Shown here: one piece after another, positions 1-6,976 of the stretch
How the letters are laid out: each line of letters opens with the position of its first letter
Position numbering within the stretch: position 1 is the first letter of the stretch
Assembly: GCA_964607485.1 (NCBI GenBank)
Contig: CAZSKP010000049.1
Span: forward strand, 1 to 26,968
DNA length: 26,968 nt
From: an uncultured bacterium
GTDB lineage: Bacteria > Abyssobacteria > SURF-5
Direction: 5' to 3'
Program-made: the position numbers and the translations under genes
The notes under the pieces: model-generated
Seen by the model: the letters and a program-made list of their open reading frames with translations, nothing else
Told to the model about the DNA's origin: nothing
Databases searched by the model: none

Positions 1-1852
1 GGTCAAGGTAATCAGGGGCGCTGTCGAGCTCGCCACGATTTCGGAAGCCCCGACGCTGGTTCCGGCGGGCGAGCGAGTGGCGATAAACTCCGGCGGATAC
101 ACCGAATTCTCAGGTTTCGACCTGGCGCGAGCAGACGATTTCGACGCCTGGAACGAAGAGCGCGATATTGCATTGTCCACCTATCGGCGGCCCTCGTACG
201 TCGATGAGGGCCTCGTTGGTGCGGAGGACCTCGAGGGATACGGCGAGTGGGTATATGCGGACAGGTATGGCTCGGAAGGGTGGCGTCCTTACGTTGTGGA
301 CGGCTGGAGTCCTTACAGCTACGGACGCTGGTACTACAGCAACAATTTCGGGTGGACGTGGATTCCGGAAGAACCGTGGGGCTACGTGACGTATCACTAC
401 GGCTCATGGAACTATGATCCGTACTACGGATGGATATGGATTCCCGGCCCTGTCTGGCGGCCGGCATATGTCCACTGGGTCGCCTATGACGACTACATCG
501 GATGGACCCCCATCGGCTATTACGGATACCCTGTGATCACCACGTACCCGTATCACATAACAAACATCTACACGAGCTATGTCGATTTCTTCTCGTTCAC
601 GTTCGTCTACACACGCGATTTCGACCACCACCAGCATCACAGGAAGCATCATCGCAGAGACGGGGACGATCGACATGAATTTCGCGACAGGGAACACCGA
701 CACGTCGGCGATACTCCGAGAGTCAGCCGGGATTACAAGAGTGTTCCGATAAGCCCCGACAGGCGTCCTGAGCTCGCTAAGAAGCTCAAGGCCGACCCCG
801 GCAAGCTGCGAGTGATAAAGAACATCGACAACGAAAAGCTGCAAAAACGCCTCCGCAAAGGCAGTGTCGAACGCGGGCAGTTCGATTTCGGCAAGATAGC
901 CGACGTTAACAGACATCCGGACCTGCGCGAGAGAGTCGCAAAACTGAAGCGGGAGAGGAACCGGATCGCCATTCGACGCGACGGCTCCCTTTCGCCCAAT
1001 CTTCCGAAAAGAGTCGAAAAGGATCGGGTGAAGGCGCTCGACTTCCGCGAACTCACCAGGAAACGCGTCAATGCACGGCCGGAAAACCGTCTGCGCAAGG
1101 GGAGCGTGGAGTGGAACGGCACACTGCACAAGGTGGCGAGAGACAATAAGACGGTGCAGCGTCCATCGGAAGAAACTCGGAAGGCCTTCACTCGTCCCGA
1201 CCGCTCAACGGTGACGCCTGAGAAGAAATTCCAGGCGCCCAATCGGCCGCAACTACGAAGCCAGATCGTGCGGCCCAAGCAGGTCAAGACCGGGACAAGG
1301 CAGGTAGAACGGCTGCGCACGATGAGCCCCGACAGGCCGACCCGCGAAGTGAAGAGTCCCGGCATCAACAACGTGGCGCGTCCGAAGCTCCAAGAGAGGC
1401 GCAAGAGCGTTCGGGCCGACGATTCTTTCAATATCCAAGCTCGCCGGCGAAGTCTGGAGCAGTTACGCGACAGACGCATACAGACGACCGAGCGGACACG
1501 CAGAGAGATTCCGCGGGTCAATCGCATAGCCGAAATGCGGACAAATGCGCCGGCCCCGTTTCAGCAGGACCGGCCACGGAACAATGCGACGCCTCCTCGC
1601 GTGGAAAACCGACGCATCGCCCCGCCGGCTCAATTTGAGCGGACGAATTCGCCGCAGAGGTTCGAACAACGGTTCGACCCGCCTCCGCAAAGGCAGAGCG
1701 CGCGGGAACAATCCGGCAGAGCCGCAGGACCGGAGTTCAGCGTCCCGCAAAGAGGTTCGGCCGATTCGTTCGCGAGGACTCAGCCAAGGCCCGGCAATTC
1801 AGGCCGTCAGACCGTGAACGCGTCCCGCGGACATGGCGGACGTCGTCGCTGA
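1..1852 (+). CDS. 5'-truncated FecR-like/DUF6600-type protein with Trp/Tyr/Gly-rich WxP repeats and a long Arg-rich low-complexity tail
   Basis: The frame is open from position 2 (VKVIRGAVELAT...VPAGERV, resembling the end of a FecR beta domain), so the start lies upstream of the window. 'DLEGYGEW..GWRPY..GWSPYSYGRW...GWTWIPEEPWGYVTYHYGSW...GWIWIPG.VWRPAYVHW...IGWTP' is typical of DUF6600 proteins. Stop TGA at 1850-1852. Confidence 0.75.
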   Translation, partial: VKVIRGAVELATISEAPTLVPAGERVAINSGGYTEFSGFDLARADDFDAWNEERDIALSTYRRPSYVDEGLVGAEDLEGYGEWVYADRYGSEGWRPYVVDGWSPYSYGRWYYSNNFGWTWIPEEPWGYVTYHYGSWNYDPYYGWIWIPGPVWRPAYVHWVAYDDYIGWTPIGYYGYPVITTYPYHITNIYTSYVDFFSFTFVYTRDFDHHQHHRKHHRRDGDDRHEFRDREHRHVGDTPRVSRDYKSVPISPDRRPELAKKLKADPGKLRVIKNIDNEKLQKRLRKGSVERGQFDFGKIADVNRHPDLRERVAKLKRERNRIAIRRDGSLSPNLPKRVEKDRVKALDFRELTRKRVNARPENRLRKGSVEWNGTLHKVARDNKTVQRPSEETRKAFTRPDRSTVTPEKKFQAPNRPQLRSQIVRPKQVKTGTRQVERLRTMSPDRPTREVKSPGINNVARPKLQERRKSVRADDSFNIQARRRSLEQLRDRRIQTTERTRREIPRVNRIAEMRTNAPAPFQQDRPRNNATPPRVENRRIAPPAQFERTNSPQRFEQRFDPPPQRQSAREQSGRAAGPEFSVPQRGSADSFARTQPRPGNSGRQTVNASRGHGGRRR

Positions 1853-1867
1853 CCGACCGTGAGAGAT

Positions 1868-1906
1868 GAGGCGCAGCCGCCCCACAGCGGTTGCGCCTCT
1901 TCTTTG
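1868..1906 (+). terminator. Rho-independent terminator
   Basis: GAGGCGCAGCCGC-cccaca-GCGGTTGCGCCTC forms a 13-bp stem with one G-U pair. It is followed by TTCTTT and begins 15 nt after the stop at 1852. Confidence 0.8.
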
Positions 1907-1979
1907 TCCCCCGCATATGAACCACAGTGAAACCCCGCCCAAGCAGTGCCTCGCATGACCAAACCGAATTCAAATTCTG

Positions 1980-2008
1980 TTGAATTTCTGCGACGAAAAT
2001 GATAGTAT
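1980..2008 (+). promoter_or_regulatory. sigma70-type promoter for the LPS cluster
   Basis: TTGAAT (1980-1985), a 17-nt spacer and TAGTAT (2003-2008), with an extended -10 TG at 2000-2001. It lies in an AT-rich patch between the terminator and the first gene. Confidence 0.7.
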
Positions 2009-2074
2009 TGGCGGTAATAGTTGGAGGGAGTGGTGTGCTTTACGGCCGGCGCCGCAGTCGCGCAAGGACTGCAA

Positions 2075-2941
2075 ATGCGAAAGCGTTTTGATGTGCCAGC
2101 GGGCTACCGTATGGTTGTGAGAGACAGCCTAAATATTGTGGTCAAAGAAGGATACGCACAGAGCTTCGAGGGGTTTGCCATACCGGAAATCGAGCCCGAC
2201 CGAGGCGCCGGCGCTTCCCATCATGGCCGCGGCCGGCTCACCCCGCTCCCGCTTGGCGGGGGTTCGAGTGAGCGGGCGCTCGTGCGCAGGTGCATACGCG
2301 GCGGGATTCTGGGACGGTTCCTGAGGGGAACGTATCTCAACCGGGGCACGCCTCGACCGTTTGAGGAACTGAGGATTTCCGATTACGCTCGCGCGCACGA
2401 CATACCCACGCCCGAGGTAGTGGCCGCCGCGTTCGAGCGGGTATCGCCGCTCTTCTACAAGGGTGCGCTCGCGGTGCGCGAGATAAGCCCGGCCGCCGAC
2501 CTGCAGGCGGAGCTGTTGGCGGCAAGTCGTCCCCTCGACCGCGCCGCTCTTGCAAGGAAGAGGCGCACGGCTTCTTCGTTGGGGAAGCTTGTCGCAAAAA
2601 TGCACGCAGCGGGCATTTACCATGCCGACCTGCATCTTAAGAATATTCTTTTGTCCGAGAAGGGCGAGGGACCGGAGCTTTATCTGCTCGACCTGGACGC
2701 GGCGAAAATCCGGCGGCCGCTGTCCGATTTCGGGAGACGCCTGAATTTGCTCAGGCTCCTCCGTTCGGCGGAAAAGGTGAACCGGCGCGCGCGGACCATA
2801 ACGCGGACCGACCTGCTGCGCTTTCTGCGTTCCTACGCCGATGAATCGTCGCGGTCCATGAGGGAACTGGCCGCAGAGCTGGGCAGAATGCTTCCCGTGT
2901 GGCGTTGCAAGTGGAAGCTTTCGGACGTACTGGGGGTTTGA
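2075..2941 (+). CDS. Kdo/WaaP-family LPS kinase, KdkA-like
   Basis: RRCIRGGILGRFL, RPFEEL, IPTPEVVAA, GIYHADLHLKNILL and YLLDLD match the Kdo kinase pattern. ATG 2075 follows the SD AAGGA; the track start at TTG 2021 is probably too long. Confidence 0.8.
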   Translation: MRKRFDVPAGYRMVVRDSLNIVVKEGYAQSFEGFAIPEIEPDRGAGASHHGRGRLTPLPLGGGSSERALVRRCIRGGILGRFLRGTYLNRGTPRPFEELRISDYARAHDIPTPEVVAAAFERVSPLFYKGALAVREISPAADLQAELLAASRPLDRAALARKRRTASSLGKLVAKMHAAGIYHADLHLKNILLSEKGEGPELYLLDLDAAKIRRPLSDFGRRLNLLRLLRSAEKVNRRARTITRTDLLRFLRSYADESSRSMRELAAELGRMLPVWRCKWKLSDVLGV

Positions 2942-2948
2942 GGCTGCG

Positions 2949-3782
2949 ATGCAAGACGTGAGCGTTGGCGACATCGTTATCGGCCGGGGACGCCCGCTTG
3001 CCCTGATAGCGGGGCCGTGCGTGCTCGAAGAAGAGTCCACGGTCTTCGAGGTTGCGAGCCATCTCGCCTCGCTGAGAGAGAAACTGGGAGTGCCCGTCAT
3101 CTTCAAGGCGTCGTATGAGAAGGACAACCGCGGCTCGGAGAAATCGTACATAGGCCCGGGCCTCGCGGAGGGTCTCAAGACGCTCGGTAAGATAAGGGCT
3201 GAGTTCGACATGCCCGTGCTTTCCGACGTTCATCGCAGGAGCGACGTCGAGGAGGCGGCAGATGCTCTGGATGTGCTCCAGATTCCCGCCTACCTGTGCC
3301 AGCAGACGAGCCTGCTGCTCGAGGTGGGCGCGGCGGGAAAGCCCGTGAACGTGAAGAAGGGGCAGTTTCTCTCGCCCGAAACCATGTCCAGCGCCACCGG
3401 CAAAATTCTGAGCACGGGCAACAACCAGATACTGCTCACCGAGCGGGGAACGTGCTTCGGGTATAATCACCTCGTGACGGACCTGTGCGCCATCCCCATC
3501 ATGCAGTCGCTCGGTTTCCCGGTCGTGTTCGACGCGACGCACATAGTGCGCGTCTATGGAATTCCCAGCAAGGACCCGCGTGGCGGGAGGCCGGAATTTG
3601 TGCCGCATCTGGTTCGGGCGGGAGTGGCCGCGGGCTGCGACGCGCTCTTCATAGAGTGCCACCCGTCGCCCATGCAGGCGAAGTGCGACGCCGCCAGCAT
3701 GGTTCCGCTCGCGAAGATGAGGGATTTGATGGAGCAGGCGCTGGAGATAGCGCAGGTCGTTCGCAAGAGAGACGTAGCGTAG
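2949..3782 (+). CDS. kdsA: 3-deoxy-8-phosphooctulonate synthase family (KdsA-like, metal-dependent type, divergent active-site motifs)
   Basis: LIAGPCVLE, FKASYEKDNR, QIPAYLC, VNVKKGQFLSP, LTERGTCFGYN, PVVFDATH, LFIECHP. The metal ligands Cys/His/Glu/Asp are present. Confidence 0.9.
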   Translation: MQDVSVGDIVIGRGRPLALIAGPCVLEEESTVFEVASHLASLREKLGVPVIFKASYEKDNRGSEKSYIGPGLAEGLKTLGKIRAEFDMPVLSDVHRRSDVEEAADALDVLQIPAYLCQQTSLLLEVGAAGKPVNVKKGQFLSPETMSSATGKILSTGNNQILLTERGTCFGYNHLVTDLCAIPIMQSLGFPVVFDATHIVRVYGIPSKDPRGGRPEFVPHLVRAGVAAGCDALFIECHPSPMQAKCDAASMVPLAKMRDLMEQALEIAQVVRKRDVA

Positions 3783-3849
3783 CGTACTGGCGTGAAAGGG
3801 CGGGTACTTCCCGCATTGGCATCAACAAGAGAGCAGGGGAGAAGGTGTA

Positions 3850-4503
3850 ATGAAAATTTTCGTTGATACTGCCAATGTACAGGCAATCAAAGAGGCGATG
3901 TCGCTCGGAATCGTGGACGGGGTCACCACCAACCCGACGCTTGTGTCCAAGGAGGGGAACGACCCGAAGAAGATTATCAAGGAGATATGCAAGCTTGTCG
4001 GCGACCGGCCCGTCAACGCCGAGGTGCTCAGCCTCGAGTGCGACGCCATCGTGAAGGAAGCGCGCGGGATTGCCAAGTGGGCCGACAACATCGTCATAAA
4101 AATCCCGATGATGAAGGACGGCCTGAAGGCAGTCAAGATACTCGCCGACGAGGGCATCCGGAGCAACGTGACGCTCATCTTCTCGCCGACTCAGGCCGTG
4201 TTGGCCGCAAAGGCGGGCGCCGCCTACGTGAGCCCGTTCGTCGGCCGGCTGGACGACATCAGCTCGGACGGCATGGAGCTGGTTTCGCAGATTGTGAGCA
4301 TATACGGCAACTATCCGGCGATAGAGACTGAGGTCATCGTCGCGAGCATAAGGCATCCGATACACGTGATTCAGGCGGGTCTGATGGGGGCGGACATTCT
4401 CACCATCCCGCCCAAAGTTCTCGACATGATGGAGAAGCATCCGCTCACGGACAAGGGAATCGACATGTTCCTCGCGGACGCGAAGAAGTTCAAGAAGGCT
4501 TGA
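3850..4503 (+). CDS. tal: Transaldolase, short FSA/TalC family
   Basis: [14 protein letters not shown], Schiff-base [36 protein letters not shown]. Glu in 'AEV' and Phe in 'SPFVGR' are the transaldolase signature (FSA has Gln/Tyr). Confidence 0.9.
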   Translation: MKIFVDTANVQAIKEAMSLGIVDGVTTNPTLVSKEGNDPKKIIKEICKLVGDRPVNAEVLSLECDAIVKEARGIAKWADNIVIKIPMMKDGLKAVKILADEGIRSNVTLIFSPTQAVLAAKAGAAYVSPFVGRLDDISSDGMELVSQIVSIYGNYPAIETEVIVASIRHPIHVIQAGLMGADILTIPPKVLDMMEKHPLTDKGIDMFLADAKKFKKA

Positions 4504-5519
4504 TGGCAAAAGCCCGGACATATCGCGAGCTCGTCGAGAATTTCGGAAAGGCTCGTGTCGCCGTCGTCGGCGACATCGTGGCCGATGTATACATCTTTGG
4601 AAAACCCCACAAGCTCTCGCGTGAGGCGCCCGTCATAGTCGTCCGCCACGAGGCGGAAAAACTCGTCCCCGGTAGCGCCGCGAACACGGCGCACAATCTG
4701 ATGGCGCTCGGAGCCACCGTCCGCCCGATCGGAGTGGTCGGCGACGACCCCCCGGGCCGCGCAATCCTCAAGTTTTTCGACGGGCCCCTCGCGCACTCCG
4801 ACGGCATCGTCGTTGACAAGAGCCGGCACACCATCACAAAGACGCGCATCATGGCCGGCGACCTGCACACGACGAAGCAGCAGGTGATACGCATCGACAG
4901 GGAGCCCGCCGAGCCCGTCTCTCCGGCGACCGCAAAGCGCATCGTGGAGCGGCTGGAGGCCGTCGCGGCGGATGTGGATGGACTGATTGTTTCCGATTAC
5001 GGGTACGACGTGGTCGCGCCGCAGGTGGCGGAGCTGGTGAGACGGCTGGGCCGCGAAAAGGTCGTGGTCGTCGATTCCCGCGCGCGCCTGCACGAGCTCG
5101 GCGGAGTTTCGCTCGCCACTCCGAACGAGTCCGAGGCCGAGGAGGCGACGGGAATCAGGATCGAATCCGACGAGAGCGTCGTCGCCGCGGGCCGGAAGCT
5201 TCTCGAAGACACCGGAAACGCGGCCGTGCTGATAACGCGCGGCAATCGAGGCATGATGCTCTTCGAAAAAGGTGCGCCGGTCGAGAGTATTCCCATCTGC
5301 GGCGGCGAAGAGATAGTGGACGTCTCCGGCGCCGGCGACACCGTGGCCGCAGTCGCGATGCTCGGCCTGGTGGCCGGCGGCACGTTTCTCCAGGCGGCCA
5401 ATCTCGCCAATTTCGCGGCGGGCATAGTCGTCATGAAGAGCGGCACCGCCACGACGACGGGCGAAGAGATGCTGCGGCTCATAGAGAAAACGCACGCGCG
5501 GAGCAGAATGAAGGCATGA
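4503..5519 (+). CDS. PfkB-family sugar-phosphate kinase, stand-alone HldE/RfaE domain I-like (HldA-like)
   Basis: VAVVGDIVAD, SREAPV, AAN, TITKTRI, QQVIRIDRE, LIVSDYG, TPNESEAE, ITRG..GM, DVSGAGDTV, ANFAAGIVVMK. ATG 4503 overlaps the tal stop (TGATG). Confidence 0.85.
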   Translation: MAKARTYRELVENFGKARVAVVGDIVADVYIFGKPHKLSREAPVIVVRHEAEKLVPGSAANTAHNLMALGATVRPIGVVGDDPPGRAILKFFDGPLAHSDGIVVDKSRHTITKTRIMAGDLHTTKQQVIRIDREPAEPVSPATAKRIVERLEAVAADVDGLIVSDYGYDVVAPQVAELVRRLGREKVVVVDSRARLHELGGVSLATPNESEAEEATGIRIESDESVVAAGRKLLEDTGNAAVLITRGNRGMMLFEKGAPVESIPICGGEEIVDVSGAGDTVAAVAMLGLVAGGTFLQAANLANFAAGIVVMKSGTATTTGEEMLRLIEKTHARSRMKA

Positions 5520-5992
5520 GCAAATTCATAGAAGACCACGACGCGCTCGCCGAAAAGCTTGGGGAGCTCAAGCGCGACGGCAAGCGGATCGTCCTCGCCA
5601 ACGGCTGTTTCGACGTGCTGCACGTCGGTCACATCCGCTATCTTCACGGCGCAAAGCGCGAGGGCGACGTGCTGCTAGTGGCCGTAAACAGCGACAAATC
5701 CATCGCCCGCCTCGAGAAAGCGAACCGGCCCGTGATGCCCGAGGGGGAGAGGGTCGAGATACTGGAAGCCCTCGAGATGATCGATTATCTGACGCTGTTC
5801 GACGAGCCGACCGTCGATTCGCTGCTTCGCAAGTTGAAGCCGCACGTGCACGCCAAGGGAACCGATTACACGAAGGAAAACGTCCCCGAGCGGGAGACGG
5901 TCCTCTCCTACGGGGGCGAGATCGCCATCGTGGGCGACCCGAAGGACCACTCATCGTCGGGCATAATCGAGAAGATACGAAGCGAAGGTTGA
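5516..5992 (+). CDS. Nucleotidyltransferase, stand-alone HldE/RfaE domain II-like (HldC-like)
   Basis: NGCFDVLHVGH (HxGH), VAVNSD, RP...ER, FDE.T, KGTDY. ATGA overlap with the upstream kinase gene. Confidence 0.88.
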   Translation: MSKFIEDHDALAEKLGELKRDGKRIVLANGCFDVLHVGHIRYLHGAKREGDVLLVAVNSDKSIARLEKANRPVMPEGERVEILEALEMIDYLTLFDEPTVDSLLRKLKPHVHAKGTDYTKENVPERETVLSYGGEIAIVGDPKDHSSSGIIEKIRSEG

Positions 5993-6023
5993 GCGGGATG
6001 CGTCGCTCGCATGAGGGTTCGAC

Positions 6024-6797
6024 GTGAACAAGCTGCCTGTTTCAGCATACGTCATCACGCTTAACGAAGAGAAAAATATCCGCCGATGCCTCGAGAGTCT
6101 CAGAGATTTCGACGAAATCGTGGTCGTCGATTCTCTGAGCGAGGATAAGACGGCGGAGATTTGCAGAGAGTTCACCGACAAGGTGTACCAGCGCCCGTGG
6201 CCCGGCCACACGCCTCAATACGAATACGCGGTCGGCCAAACAAAGAACGAGTGGGTGTTTTGGTTCGATGCGGACGAGGTCGCCTCGCCCGAACTGCTGG
6301 AAGAGGTCCGGCGGATATTCGAACATGGTCAAGACGGCGAGGTCGCGGGCTACTACATTTCGCGAATGACCCGATACATGGGGCGATGGATTCGGCACGG
6401 CTTATGGTATCCCGATTACAAGCTGCGCTTATTCAAAAAGGCGGCGGGAAGATATACGGGAGAAGACCCGCACATGAAGGTTGTCGTAACGGGAAAGACC
6501 AAGCGTCTGGAAGGCAAGATATTGCACTATTCGATAGAGAATTTCTCGGCGCACCTTCGAACTATTGATCGCTACGCCGAGATTCGCGCGCAAGCCAAGA
6601 TAAACTCGTCGGCCAGATTTTCGGTTGCATGGATGGTTTTTCATCCCACATTGAATTTTCTTAAGGCCTACGTCATAAAGGCGGGGTTCCTGGATCGGAT
6701 GCCGGGCTTCATAATCGCCGTCGCCTCGGCCTTCGCCATCTTTGCCCGGTATGCGAAGTTTTGGGAAAAAAAGTATTCCCTGGGGCAGAAGCCCTGA
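6024..6797 (+). CDS. Glycosyltransferase family 2, LPS core beta-1,4-glucosyltransferase (WaaE/LgtF)-like
   Basis: VITLNEEKNIRRCLES, VVDSLSEDKT, WVFWFDADE, WYPDYKLRLF, GFLD..PGFIIA. GTG start after GAGGG. Confidence 0.88.
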   Translation: MNKLPVSAYVITLNEEKNIRRCLESLRDFDEIVVVDSLSEDKTAEICREFTDKVYQRPWPGHTPQYEYAVGQTKNEWVFWFDADEVASPELLEEVRRIFEHGQDGEVAGYYISRMTRYMGRWIRHGLWYPDYKLRLFKKAAGRYTGEDPHMKVVVTGKTKRLEGKILHYSIENFSAHLRTIDRYAEIRAQAKINSSARFSVAWMVFHPTLNFLKAYVIKAGFLDRMPGFIIAVASAFAIFARYAKFWEKKYSLGQKP

Positions 6798-6976
6798 TTG
6801 TCGGAGCGGGGGCGAGGCCTCATGTCAATCGGTATGGCGCCCTGAAGCGAACTCAAGACCGATGAGATGCGAGAGACGAGTTCGCGCGCGGGACGACCAC
6901 AAGACCCCTCCCGGAATCCTGCCCAGCGGCCTTGGGGAGCCCAGCCGAAAACCCGGGGGGAAGATGTGATTCGGCA

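Noticed and set aside
3850..4503. Fructose-6-phosphate aldolase supplying arabinose 5-phosphate directly to KdsA
   Set aside because: The diagnostic residues are Glu/Phe (transaldolase type), not Gln/Tyr (FSA type).
6798..6976. Intergenic gap of about 180 bp with the inverted pair GCGAACTC/GAGTTCGC
   Set aside because: Only an 8-bp stem with a long loop, no U-tract, no clear promoter and no RNA family signature.
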